This document shows, piece after piece, positions 26,523-40,900 of a stretch of DNA of 64,000 bases. Origin of the DNA: Antedon mediterranea (lineage: Eukaryota; Animalia; Echinodermata); contig NC_092675.1 of the NCBI RefSeq assembly GCF_964355755.1, positions 1,731,812 to 1,795,811 on the forward strand. The letters run 5' to 3'. The notes under the pieces are model-generated. The model was not told the origin of the DNA. It did not search any database and was given only the letters and a program-made list of their open reading frames with translations. Position 1 is the stretch's first letter, and each line of letters starts with the position of its first letter. The position numbers and the translations under genes are program-made.

Positions 26523-27576
26523 TTAGGCCTAATGTGTACAATTGGAGAATAGGAATTCCATTTCAGACATAATTTTCCCTTCACTTCTTGCACGCGAATA
26601 ACCCAGGACATAGGTAACAACAAGCATAATTTAAGTAATTTAAGTCAACATAGTAATGCAAAATAAGATTGACATTATGATTTTAAAGGGTCATAATTCC
26701 AAATGTATTCATCGTCATATTACAATCTTCACAAAATTATAATTATGCCCTTTGCTACCATTGGGACCTTATCAGCTCAAAACGAAATACGGGTAAATAA
26801 ATAATAATTGTTATTATAATGTGACGTCATGAATGATTTCCATGAGAATAATATTACTTAACAGTTACCAACAATCCGGTATACAGAAATTTTTCAATAT
26901 AAACATATATAAATGATCGATTTATACAATACTGTACTGTAAAATTAATTATTATTATTTAGTATATTTTTAATAAAATAATTGCGTAGTGCAAAACAAA
27001 AACATCATTATCCGGTAGGGAATATAAACTTAAAGATGTATTGTCTCTCGGAAAAAATATGTTAATGTTACATAATAGTTTGATCCAAAAAAAATATTTA
27101 CCTTAAAAAACTCAAATTTAAAGCAAATAATAGTCAAATTAATTGGCTGAGAGTCAATTGGTTTTTAGTTAAATTTAACAGTTCACTTTGTCTTTTTATA
27201 AGTGAAAACATTTTTTATTGGACTATTAAAGTCTGATTTTATTAATCTTCATTTTTCATGATTTTGAGGGACCAAACACAAATTTTCAAATATGATGGAA
27301 TCGGCAATAAATGAGTCGCTGTATGGTGTCAGACCGACAGAACCCGCCTATGTAAAGTCCCAACCCATTGTCTGTCTTGAAAATATAACACTATGAACAT
27401 CCGTTTCGCATGCGTGTCGGTCGTATGTTTCTATAGATAAGCGGTATGCCTAAAGCCTTGCGGAGGGTGCGGTTCGTAAGAAGCCAAGGTGTGCCATCAA
27501 GTGCAGTAAATCCAATGACCGGTGGACCGGTTGTAGTCGTCACAACAATTTCGACTTTTCCGGTGACCATCAAGAG

Positions 27577-27744
27577 CAGTGGCGTAACGCAGAGGCCTGA
27601 GCTGGCCCCTGGCTTCCTCTGGGTGTTTTTAGCCCCTTTCGACATATTTTAATGCCTGTTTTTTCCTCTGGACACTGCTCAGATCCCTATAAAATCCGGG
27701 GCCCCTGGGTTTAGCCAGTGAGCGCTCATAGCCGTTACGCTGTG
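27577..27744. mobile_element. hAT-like MITE with apparent 6-bp TSD (caagag); inverted second copy ~63707-63861
   Basis: cagtggcgtaacg ... cgttacgctgtg flanked by caagag on both sides; reverse-complement match near window end. Confidence 0.6.
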
Positions 27745-28053
27745 CAAGAGTCTTTACGAAGTTCGAAGTGTCAGATGTTACTGAAATGATTTTCATTTAC
27801 GTAAACCCGGCATATTTAAACAGAGTACGTCCTAAATTTAAGAAAACATAATACATTACAAATATATTTCTTTTAATTAATTTTACGTTTGTTGTTTAGC
27901 ACTGTTCTTTAATACATTATTCAAACAGGCCGTGTTGGCATGAAAAAATCACTGATATTAACACATGCGTAACATACGTTCAAGACATCATAAGATAAGA
28001 TATCGATAGCAGATTAAAATTCATTTAAGAAGGAAATGTAGACAGTCACACCT

Positions 28054-28134
28054 AATAACATATTCTTGCGGTAATGGTTCAATAACATATTCTTGCGGTA
28101 ATGGTTCAATAACATATTCTTGCGGTAATGGTTC
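28054..28134. repeat. 27-bp tandem repeat x3 (aataacatattcttgcggtaatggttc)
   Basis: Direct reading. Confidence 0.9.
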
Positions 28135-29401
28135 TATGATTTTTATACACATTTTTTCGTGATGCCGTGGTCCGAGCGAGTCCAACCTCTTCGGTCAAAA
28201 TCGGAGCGCGGCCTTTTTAATGGCTTATACCATCACGCCTAGCTAACTATAGTCTGACATTTAATAAAGATGGAAGAACTGGCTTAATTGAATAAATGTT
28301 ATAAAATAATGAAAGCTATAGAATGCGAGTACATTCACAATATTTACATGTGGGAGGTGAAACTTCCATCGTCCAAGCACACTCAGTAGGTACATTAAGT
28401 TACTGAGTAAACTAGAAATTGTATTTAGGGTTGCCTTCGTTGTCATTAGGTACACGTCACCGTCGAGGGAACACTATTCAACGCTGTTTATGTTTCCATA
28501 GTAATAGATATGATAGATAAGTAACTGTTACTTAGAAATATTAATTACCGTGACCGCAAAAGTGATATGCCTTCTTTTTTGCATGTGATTATTAAATATT
28601 TAGTCAAATGTTCTATTAATCAGTGAGCTTATTATTCGAGCTTCACTTAGAATTCTCTAAAATGTTTTCTAGTCTATAGCTAATGGGTACCTGGTATAGG
28701 TCAAACACAACTGCGCTGATACTGGCTGCAACATTTAATGGGAGTATGTTTCCAGACGTGTTTGATATATATATGACTGGGGTAATAATGTGAAGCGCTT
28801 AGAGGCTTGCTCCAAGTCTGTATTCATTGTCTTTTTTATTTAATTTTTTTTATTTCGATTTTTGTCTTTTTTTAACTTTTTACTAAAATTAAGACAAAAT
28901 CCGTCTGGAACTCAGACTAAGAGGCTTTATGTAAGCTAAGATCGACGTATTTAATATTATAATATTTATTTGGTAGGCCTATCTTAAATATTTGATATTA
29001 TATTTATTAGAAATTGACACGTACTGATATTAGAGTAATTTTTTTTTCAACAAAAAAGTGTAGTAAGGTCCCGGTAGACCTTACAAAAAAGGCTGCGTGT
29101 TGAAATAAAACCAAACGTGCTTACGATTTCCCCCTTGGGTACAGTAGTTATTTCTTCGGGGAATATGTATACAATAGTATGTGAGACTTGGCAAGGTTAA
29201 GGCCCACTTTTATCATTCTTCTAAACGGAATATTCCAATGTAAATGATGATCAACATTTCAGCATAAGAAACATGGAGGTTAGCTTGAATTCATGTTACG
29301 ACTTATAGAGGAACTTATTTTACCAGGAAGACTTTATATGGAGTTTATAAACACACTGGGCGTACACCAAAGAAAACGGTTTCGTAGTAACTGTATTTTT
29401 A

Positions 29402-31178
29402 GTGTATAGAGTGTTTTTAATCGGTATAGAGTATAGAGTGTTTTTGCTCGGTATAGAGTGTAGAGTGTTTTTGATCGGTATAGAGTATAGAGTGTTTTTG
29501 ATCGGTATAGAGTATAGAGTGTTTTTGATCGGTATAGAGTGTAGAGTGTTTTTGATCGGTATAGAGTATAGAGTGTTTTTGATCGGTATAGAGTATAGAG
29601 TGTTTTTGATCGGTAGGTATAGAGTATAGAGTGTTTTTGATCGGTATAGAGTATAGAGTGTTTTTGATCGGTATAGAGTATAGGTGTTTTTGATCGGTAT
29701 AGAGTATAGAGTGTTTTTGATCGGTATAGTGTATAGAGTGATTTTGATCGGTATAGAGTATAGAGTGTTTTTGATCGGTATAGAGTATAGAGTGTTTTTG
29801 ATCGGTATAGAGTATAGAGTGTTTTTGATCGGTATAGAGTGTAGAGTGTTTTTGATCGGTATAGAGTATAGAGTGTTTTTGATCGGTATAGAGTATAGAG
29901 TGTTTTTGATCGGTATAGAGTATAGAGTGTTTTTGATCGGTATAGAGTATAGAGTGTTTTTGATCGGTATAGAGTATAGAGTGTTTTTGATCGGTATAGA
30001 GTATAGAGTGTTTTTGATCGGTATAGAGTATAGAGTGTTTTTGATCGGTATAGAGTATAGAGTGTTTTTGATCGGTATAGAGTATAGAGTGTTTTTGATC
30101 GGTATAGAGTATAGAGTGTTTTTGATCGGTATAGTGTATAGAGTGATTTTGATCGGTATAGAGTATAGAGTGTTTTTGATCGGTATAGAGTATAGAGTGT
30201 TTTTGATCGGTATAGTGTATAGAGTGATTTTGATCGGTATAGAGTATAGAGTGTTTTTGATCGGTATAGAGTATAGAGTGTTTTTGATCGGTATAGTGTA
30301 TAGAGTGTTTTTGATCGGTATAGTGTATAGAGTGTTTTTGATCGGTATAGAGTATAGAGTGTTTTTGATCGGTATAGTGTATAGAGTGATTTTGATCGGT
30401 ATAGAGTATAGAGTGTTTTTGATCGGTATAGAGTATAGAGTGTTTTTGATCGGTATAGAGTATAGAGTGTTTTTGATCGGTATAGTGTATAGAGTGATTT
30501 TGATCGGTATAGAGTATAGAGTGTTTTTGATCGGTATAGAGTATAGAGTGTTTTTGATCGGTATAGTGTATAGAGTGATTTTCATCGGTATAGAGTATAG
30601 AGTGTTTTTGATCGGTATAGAGTATAGAGTGTTTTTGATCGGTATAGAGTATAGAGTGATTTTGATCGGTATAGAGTATAGAGTGTTTTTGATCGGTATA
30701 GTGTATAGAGTGATTTTGATCGGTATAGAGTATAGAGTGTTTTTGATCGGTATAGAGTATAGAGTATTTTTGATACCGCGGTATAGAGTGTAGAGTGTTT
30801 TTGATCGGTATAGAGTGTTTTTGATCGGTATAGAGTGTTTTTGATCGGTATAGAGTATAGAGTGTTTTTGATCGGTATAGAGTATAGAGTGTTTTTGATC
30901 GGTATAGAGTATAGAGTGTTTTTGATCGGTATAGAGTATAGAGTGTTTTTGATCGGTATAGAGTATAGAGTGTTTTTGATCGGTATAGAGTATACGGTGT
31001 TTTTGATCGGTATAGAGTATAGAGTGTTTTTGATCGGTATAGAGTGTAGAGTGTTTTTGATCGGTATAGAGTGTAGAGTGTTTTTGATCGGTATAGAGTA
31101 TAGAGTGTTTTTGATCGGTATTGAGTATAGAGTGTTTTTGATCGGTATAGAGTATAGAGTGTTTTTGATCGGTATAGA
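29402..31178. repeat. 27-bp satellite (gtatagagtatagagtgtttttgatcg), ~65 copies
   Basis: Highly homogeneous tandem array; produces spurious 9-aa-repeat ORFs on both strands. Confidence 0.97.
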
Positions 31179-31939
31179 GATGACCTATATCAACAACAGA
31201 AACAGAAAAATTTGTGTTGAAGGGGGAAATTCCCTTGAACAAAATGTCCATATTTTTCCATGAATTAGTACTGATGACACGATTTTTTAGTTTCAGTTGT
31301 TGGTGTGGTGCCTTGTAGGCCTATTAATGATAATCGAGCAGTAGTACTAGTGAATCTTAAACAGTATGATTGAGCACGTTATTACGTGTAGGCCTAATGA
31401 ATATAAATCACTGGGTGAATACACGAAGTAGTTGTGACGAGAATTAATGCAACAACCAGCTTCTTCGATAAATTAATACATTTAATAATAATCATAAGCC
31501 GTTGGCTATATAAGTATCTGTAGGCCTACGATTACGGAGGAACAAGTAACTTTTTGAAGCCATTATTGATTGATTGTGGTAAATGCATGGTTGGTGTTGT
31601 CTGACAACAATGTTTTTCCCGCTAAAGATGTAATTTCCATGAAAAATGAAGATTAATTAAATCAGACTTTGAATATGGTATTTTGTAGTTTTAATAAAGT
31701 TAATGACTTCCATATAGAATAATGTTTTCACTTATAAAATAACATAATAATAATAAACATAATAAAAAAATCCATTGGCTGGCATATTTTTTCAGAGGCA
31801 CAATACATCTTAAAGTCTCAATTAACGATAGAATTATTTTGACAAGTGACAATCAATCTTTAATCCTTTTTTTAGACTGATTATTGATATTAATATGTGC
31901 AGTCGTTGTGTACCGAGGAAGTGGTATTCTTTTGACAGT

Positions 31940-34900
31940 ATGTATTGGCTTAAGGTAGGACATTTTTCATTGAACAACAACAATAAGGCTAATTAATTGT
32001 GTTAAAAAAAGAACTATATTACTTATCACTCATGCGCCTGGGTGGTCATCCTCACGCAGTGGGCCGAGTTATCACTCATGCGCCTAGGTGGTCATCCTCA
32101 CGCAGTGGACCGAGTTATCACTCATGCGCCTGGGTGGTCATCATCCTCACACAGTGGGCCGAGTTATCACTCATGCGCCTGGGTGGTCATCCTCACACAG
32201 TGGGCCGAGTTATCACTCATGCGCCTGGGTGGTCATCATCCTCACACAGTGGGCCGAGTTATCACTCATGCGCCTGGGTGGTCATCATCCTCACACAGTG
32301 GGTCGAGTTATCACTCATGCGCCTGGGTGGTCATCATCCTCACACAGTGGGCCGAGTTATCACTCATGCGCCTGGGTGGTCATCCTCACGCAGTGGACCG
32401 AGTTATCACTAATGCGCCTGGGTGGTCATCATCCTCACACAGTGGGCCGAGTTATCACTCATGCGCCTGGGTGGTCATCATCCTCACACAGTGGGCCGAG
32501 TTATTACTCATGCGCCTGGGTGATCATCCTCACACAGTGGGCCGAGTTATCACTCATGCGTCTGGGTGGTCATCATCCTCACACAGTGGGCCGAGTTATC
32601 ACTCATGCGCCTAGGTGGTCATCCTCACACAGTGGGCCGAGTTATCACTCATGCGCCTGTGTGTTCATCCTCACACAGTGGGCCGAGTTATCACTCATGC
32701 GCCTAGGTGGTCATCCTCACGCAGTGGACCGAGTTATCACTCATGCGCCTGGGTGGTCATCATCCTCACACAGTGGGCCGAGTTATCACTCATGCGCCTG
32801 GGTGGTCATCATCCTCACACAGTGGGCCGAGTTATTACTCATGCGCCTGGGTGATCATCCTCACACAGTGGGCCGAGTTATCACTCATGCGCCTGGGTGG
32901 TCATCCTCACACAGTGGGCCGAGTTATCACTCATGCGCCTGGGTGGTCATCATCCTCACACAGTGGGCCGAGTTATCACTCATGCGCCTGGGTGGTCATC
33001 ATCCTCACACAGTCGGCCGAGTTATCACTCATGCGCCTGGGTGGTCATCATCCTCACACAGTGGGCCGAGTTATCACTCATGCGCCTGGGTGGTCATCCT
33101 CACACAGTGGGCCGAGTTATCACTCATGCGCCTGGGTGATCATCATCCTCACACAGTGGGCCGAGTTATCACTCATGCGCCTGGGTGGTCATCATCCTCA
33201 CACAGTGGGCCGAGTTATCACTCATGCGCCTGGGTGGTCATCATCCTCACACAGTGGGTCGAGTTATCACTCATGCGCCTGGGTGGTCATCATCCTCACA
33301 CAGTGGGCCGAGTTATCACTCATGCGCCTGGGTGGTCATCCTCACACAGTGGGCCGAGTTATCACTCATGAGCCTGGGTGGTCATCATCCTCACACAGTG
33401 GGCCGAGTTATCACTCATGCGCCTGGGTGGTCATCATCCTCACACAGTGGGTCGAGTTATCACTCATGCGCCTGGGTGGTCATCCTCACACAGTGGGCCG
33501 AGTTATCACTCATGAGCCTGGGTGGTCATCATCCTCACACAGTGGGCCGAGTTATCACTCATGCGCCTGGGTGGTCATCCTCACACAGTGGGCCGAGTTA
33601 TCACTCATGCGCCTAGGTGGTCATCCTCACATAGTGGGCCGAGTTATCACTCATGCGCCTTAGTGATCATCCTCACACAGTGGGCCGAGTTATCACTCAT
33701 GCGCCTGGGTGGTCATCCTCACACAGTTGGCCGAGTTATCACTCATGCGCCTGGGTGATCATCCTCACTCAGTGGACCGAGTTATCACTCATGCGCCTGG
33801 GTGATCATCCTCACACAGTGGGCCGAGTTATCACTCATGCGCCTAGGTGATCATCCTCACACAGTGGGCCGAGTTATCACTCATGCGCCTGGGTGGTCAT
33901 CATCCTCACACAGTGGGCCGAGTTATCACTCATGCGCCTGGGTGGTCATCGTCCTCACACAGTGGGCTGAGTTATCACTCATGCGCCTGGGTGGTCATCA
34001 TCCTCACACAGTGGGCCGAGTTATCACTCATGCGCCTGGATGGTCATCATCCTCACACAGTGGGCCGAGTTATCACTCATGCGCCTGGGTGGTCATCCTC
34101 ACACAGTGGGCCGAGTAAACACTCATGCGCCTGGGTGGTCATCCTCACACAGTGGGCCGAGTTATCACACATGCGCCTGGGTGGTCATCATCCTCACACA
34201 GTGGGCCGAGTTATCACTCATGCGCCTGGGTGGTCATCCTCACACAGTGGGCCGAGTTATCACTCATGCGCCTGGGTGGTCATCCTCACACAGTGGGCCG
34301 AGTTATCACTCATGCGCCTGGGTTGTCATCCTCACACAGTGGGCCGAGTTATCACTCATGCGCCTAGGTGGTCATCCTCACATAGTGGGCCGAGTTATCA
34401 CTCATGCGCCTTAGTGATCATCCTCACACAGTGGGCCGAGTTATCACTCATGCGCCTGGGTGGTCATCCTCACACAGTGGGCCGAGTTATCACTCATGCG
34501 CCTGGGTGATCATCCTCACTCAGTGGACCGAGTTATCACTCATGCGCCTGGGTGATCATCCTCACACAGTGGGCCGAGTTATCACTCATGCGCCTAGGTG
34601 ATCATCCTCACACAGTGGGCCGAGTTATCACTCATGCGCCTGGGTGGTCATCATCCTCACACAGTGGGCCGAGTTATCACTCATGCGCCTGGGTGGTCAT
34701 CGTCCTCACACAGTGGGCTGAGTTATCACTCATGCGCCTGGGTGGTCATCATCCTCACACAGTGGGCCGAGTTATCACTCATGCGCCTGGATGGTCATCA
34801 TCCTCACACAGTGGGCCGAGTTATCACTCATGCGCCTGGGTGGTCATCCTCACACAGTGGGCCGAGTAAACACTCATGCGCCTGGGTGGTCATCCTCACA

Positions 34901-37900
34901 CAGTGGGCCGAGTTATCACTCATGCGCCTGGGTGGTCATCATCCTCACACAGTGGGCCGAGTTATCACTCATGCGCCTGGGTGGTCATCCTCACACAGTG
35001 GGCCGAGTTATCACTCATGCGCCTGGGTGGTCATCCTCACACAGTGGGCCGAGTTATCACTCATGCGCCTGGGTGGTCATCCTCACACAGTGGGCCGAGT
35101 TATCACTCATGCGCCTGGGTGGACATCCTCACACAGTGGGCCGAGTTATCACTCATGCGCCTGGGTGGTCATCCTCACACAGTGGGCCGAGTTTTCAGAC
35201 ACTATTCGATTTTGGGATCTATAGCTTGTTAAGGCCTTCGACCCAGTGGAGTTTATTTGTTTATGTTTTTATGATGCGCATATCTCAGAATTAAGCATAC
35301 TTTATTATAGGTGGAATCACAACAAAGTGTACCCTTAATAATATAATATATTACATTAGGATATACTAGGAATACAATGTTGGTTAGTGTCCCTGCCCCA
35401 TATTCCCTGCCCCATTTCCCCCCCCCCCCATTTCTCTCTCCCTCTTTACAGAAATCATGTATCCGTCACCTCAGCCCCCATTGTACTTTGCCTTTAGGGC
35501 ATATAACTCCTTATATTAAGATATTGTTTAAATGTGAATGTATGATTATTGCTAACACGGAGCATTAACGTTAAAATATGCTTTACCATTTTCAGAAGGG
35601 AATGCTATGGGCATGCCTATACAGTGTAATGATTTCACTGATAATATATACAGTATTAAAATCGCTGTCACAAAACCAAGTAGTACACCATGAAAGGTCT
35701 GAAGATTGTAAACTTGGTCACGTATTTGTAGGCGAAGAGAACACGACGGATACAGTACAAACAACAGAGCAAGCGCCAGAATCAGACGGCTATTTATCTG
35801 TCATAGATGATAAAGTGAGTGTTTTTTAAATGATTGATTACATTTTATTGTATTTTATATCATCACCACTCAACAGTGACACGTCAATAACAGAGTTGAA
35901 CAATACAATAATAATTATAATAAATTTGTCGATTGACAAATATAATATATAAATCCAAAACAGACAACATGAATATTTTAATATTGTTTTACGAAACAAT
36001 GACAAATACTAGATAGAATTATTATAAAGAGCGAGTAACAGACATCTTGTGTTATTGTACATGAACAAAGTATATGCTAATTAAATAATATTTGGCTACA
36101 CAAGTTGCAGAAAATATTTCGTTTGACAAAACTGTCGCTAAAGGTATGTTCACATTGAGCGCTGATTCGATATGGTGGGCAGATAAAACTCGTCACGTAG
36201 GTTTTGTGTTCAGTGTGATGTAGCTTAACTGATTATTATTATTACATATATACGATCATCATCACATTATCAACAGAAAGACGTATACTAAAAGGTCATA
36301 CGTGGGAATGCAGTGCACACATATTTCAATAGTTAAAATTTACATTTTACTATATATGCGAAGAAGATCAGAGTACTGATAACAGCAATTATTGTGGTAC
36401 GTATGGAATGGGATATAACGCCGAGGAATGATCCCATTCACCTTTACTCCCCTCTTCATTATCCCTCCCCACCCCTTTACTCGTAAGCCTCCACTTTACG
36501 CGGGGGGAATAATCAATCCCTTCACCTTCACTCCCCCTCCACTTTACAACCCCCTCCCATCACCCCACCCCTTTACTCGTAAGCCTCCACTTTACGCGGG
36601 GGAATAATCAATCCCCTTCACCTTCACTCCCCCTCCACTTTACAACCCACTCCTTTACTCGTAAGCCTCCACTTTACGTGGGAGAATAATCAATCCCTTC
36701 ACCTTCACTCCCCCTCCACTTTACAACCCCCTCCCATCACCCCACCCCTTTACTCGTAAGCCTCCACTTTACGCGGGGGAATAATCAATCCCCTTCACCT
36801 TCACTCCCCCTCCACTTTACAACCCACTCCTTTACTCGTAAGCCTCCACTTTACGTGGGAGAATAATTAATCCCCTTCACCTTCACTCCCCCTCCACTTT
36901 ACAACCCCACCCCTTTACTCGTAAGCCTCCACTTTACGTGGGGGAATAATCAATCCCCTTCACCTTCACTCCCCCTCCACTTTACAACCCCACTCCTTTC
37001 CTCGTAAGCCTCCACTTTACGTGGGAGAATAATCAATCCCCTTCACCTTCACTCCCCTCCTCATTACCCTCTTCATAACCCCTCCTCATAACCCCACCCC
37101 CTTACTCGTAAGCCTCCACTTTACACGCGGGACGATAATCAATCCCCTTCACTCCTCTCGTAACCCTCCACTCCTTTGACGTTATATGACATACGGGTTG
37201 TCTTCAAAGATGACGTAAGCAATTCTAGTGTAGACCGCCGATACTTGTTGTATGGTTGATATTATTTTGGAAATGATAAAAGCTGTAAATGTGCTGTAGG
37301 CCTAACCGTATCACTGTCTCTAAATGAACCAGATCCTGTGTTATGATTATTCCTTATTCTCAGTGTCGTGTTTCGTATTATTCCTAATGCAAACCGATCG
37401 ATCGTATTGGATTACGATCGATTGGATAAATTACGCGTTTTTTCGGATTATTTATCATTAATTATAGATTATGTGTTCGTTTCTATCAGTAATTGTAAAG
37501 TTAAGCACAGACATTTATTAGTATCTTTTATTTTATTCTTATTATTATGTGTGTAAATTTGCTGGTGTTTGGTATACAATAGAACATTTCATTTCATTTA
37601 TTTTGTCTCATAAAAATACAATATAAATAAACATGAACAAAGAACAAGAAAACATCACACAAAACCAGGCAGAGACAGGGTTCCAAAAAAGCGAACTTAA
37701 TCAATATCTAGTAGGTCTCCTATTGCACTGATTGTATAAAAAACATTTAGAATAAAATTTGTATAAACACTAAAAATGCATATAATACTATATCAAAATA
37801 AATTAACATACACCTTAATTAGAAAAGAATAAATCATATCGAGGCATGTTACGTTCGTCCGTTCATACCTAAATGGTTTGGGATTCATAGGCCTGTTGAA

Positions 37901-40900
37901 AGCTTTAAAGGGGGTATTATACACCCCTTTTTGATGATTTTTTTTTATTTGATGATTATGACAAACATGTAGACACAATTAGTCGTTGAAAATTTATTTT
38001 TTTTAAAAATATATTTTAAAATTATTCTTTCTTTATTAAATTGGAGCAAAAAAAGAAAAGAAAAAGAAACATAATAAAAGACATTTAATAAACAAAAACA
38101 TGGGCCACCAAAAATCAGTATCTTGATAATAAAAGTTCTGTTATATTTTTAAAAACAACATTATTTTTAGACTTAATATTCGTTATAAAGGCAGGTTGTT
38201 CCAAAATATTGAGTCGGTTTAAAAGACTTTACTGGATATTGGATTACATAGGGTCCGCTTCTATTAAGAAAAGGAATATTTCTTTAAATGTATTTTGAAA
38301 GAGAACAGTTTTTAGCTGCAACGCGATATTTGTGTAGCCTATAGGCATAAAATCTATAGAAAAGCCCACACAATCTCTTCATTATTACTAATGAAGGGTT
38401 TTGTTTATTCAGCCAACTATTTCGATGATGAATTCATGGAGTAAATAACAAATTTGATTGTTATTAAGTCCCAAATCGGGGCAAAAGTTCCTTTGTGCAA
38501 TTTACTATAGAAAATTATAATGCCTCCTGTATGTTTTCGATTTCTTCCTTACGGTTGACTTTGCCACTGTAAATAAGTACGCCTATTAATGTATCCTCAT
38601 ACAATAGAGGAATTTATTATTCATCCATGCTCATAGCACTAGTAATTTACAATTCATACATGTTCTTAACATAACAAACTTATTGTGTCCGATCACTGTA
38701 ATTTATAATACGTCCATATCACTGTTAAAATAGTGTTTAGATCTTAAAAACATGTATTTTTTACCCACTTTTTCCACACATTACATTTAGTCGTAAAAAT
38801 ATGTTTAGATATAAAAAATGACGTTTAGGTTCTAAACAGCTTTTTTCCGCCACAGTAAAATCGTATGCACGCAACGCTAAACACGTGCTACCTAAAACAT
38901 GTTGACTGCTAAACATGTGGAGACATTGAACATAATAGTGAAATGTTGACTGCTAAACGAGTGGAGGAAAATAACATGTAGCTATCAACACGTTTAGGTT
39001 TTAAACACACTAAACACGTAACTATCGTGTTTAAAAGCTCCATACTGTTTTCACAGTGTACAATAGTAATTTTAATCATCAAACAGCAATATTTTTCAAA
39101 ATTCCAGCCGACCGTGGGGCTGCACCTCAATTATGTCTTAGCAAACCCTTGAATTTCTTGGAAACTTTGTTTCAAATAAACATAAAACTAAATCACACTA
39201 TTAATCAGTTTGATTATCTCCAACTCCTCAACCCAAATTGACGTCACAAGGAAGCATCCAAGTTCAAACCATCTATGTTTTTAATGTCGTTAAACAAAAA
39301 AGTGTTGTTTAAATGACCTACGGCGTCATTTATGCCCCAGATTCCTTTCAGCAGATTGACAAAGTACTTCAATCCGTTTAAATGTTTTACTTTGGAAAAA
39401 GTTTGGAGATGTTTAAAAAAAATTTGACAATAATTAGTACCTGTTCTTTTAAAGAATTAATTTTCGGTTGTTAATGCAGCATCAAGAACAAACTATATTC
39501 AATTGACATTTACTCTATATACAAAATAAACATAAAATTGTCAGCGCTAAATAAACCATCTGTAATAAGTAAACCAATTTTATTGTGAAGACGTAAATGA
39601 ACTACTCAATTATGTGCATAAACCTAAATAATACAAACATAGATAAAATTAGAGATACGCTGCAAACAAAATTCGTAGAATTCAATTCAATTCAATTCAA
39701 TTAAAACTTTGTTATCCCCATGGGGAAACTCTGTTGGCCTTTTCAAAAGTACAGTACATACAAATATAAAATGGATACAGTACATAAAATATAAAATACG
39801 ATAAAAAAAAGCCATACAAAATATACATATAAAATCCTAAAAAGTCGATTTAAAATACTACAAAAAATAAAACTAGCGCATAAAATACGATTACACGATT
39901 ATATAATGAATGATATTATCATTCATTATATAATCGTATAGCGGCAGGGACGAATGAATTGCCATATCTATTTGTTTTAATTTTTCTTTGAAGGAGTCTG
40001 TCACAACGTTGACTTTTGTTAAATTTATAGTGCAGAGGATGAGCGTGGTCTTTTAAAATAATTTTCAATTTTTTAATTACTAATTCCTTATATAAAACTT
40101 CAGGTTGAATTTGTTCAGAGCCTACTATTCTACTGCCTTGTTTAACTATTTTATTAAGTAAAAGTCTATCTTTAAAACGTGAATTACCATAATAACATAT
40201 TAGGCAAAAACTAAGTACACTGTTTAAGATAGAAGTATTATTATTATAAGTAACATTAACATTTTTTTTTTTTATGATTCAATGTTTCATTCATTTTGTA
40301 ACTTCAGAAAAACCTTGAAATGACATTTGTATAGATTAACTCAATTTGACGGGACTCTTTTTTTATTTTTTGGGAAGACCTCACAATCTTAAAGTAGACC
40401 TACATAATTATTCTCAGAAATAAACTCTGCGGGAGAGTGTTTTTTTCCTTGAAAAAATACTGCATATTGCGTGCATATCAAGTTCTCTTTATGAAACATT
40501 TTGCGAAAGTTTACTGTTTATACCAGTTATTTATTTTACCACATTAGGCCTAAGCAATAATTCAGCTGCCCTTAAATCATTATACGCATTGTTATTACCC
40601 CTTTCAATACTATTTATAGGGTAAGAAAATGTGACAACTTTTTTCAAGGATTTATAGTACCTTCATTCTTACAAAAATTATTATTAATATTTGCAGAATT
40701 CTTGCAAAACATTTTGCTATGGAATATGGCTTTGTATTTTTAATGTGGTCTTTATGATATTGCATACAATTTACAAATAGCATACTAACAAACCATGCCT
40801 ATTGATTTTCATGAAAATCGATATATTGGTGACGTCACAAAGCTTACTGAAATCTCGAGTTATCTGTATCTTCAACATGGGACGAAATACCGTAGTGCTC

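Noticed and set aside
29320-31263. 643-aa, 369-aa and related ORFs with 9-aa repeats
   Set aside because: Produced by a 27-bp stop-free satellite that is open on both strands; no splice or domain support.
32023-32120. Hammerhead ribozyme in the satellite monomer
   Set aside because: Small hairpins are possible, but the CUGANGA and GAAA cores are absent on both strands.
31999-35294. Many overlapping His/Ser/Trp-rich ORFs and a superficially CRISPR-like array
   Set aside because: Pure 46/49-bp tandem repeat with no unique spacers and no cas genes, in a eukaryotic intron; all three frames are open by chance.
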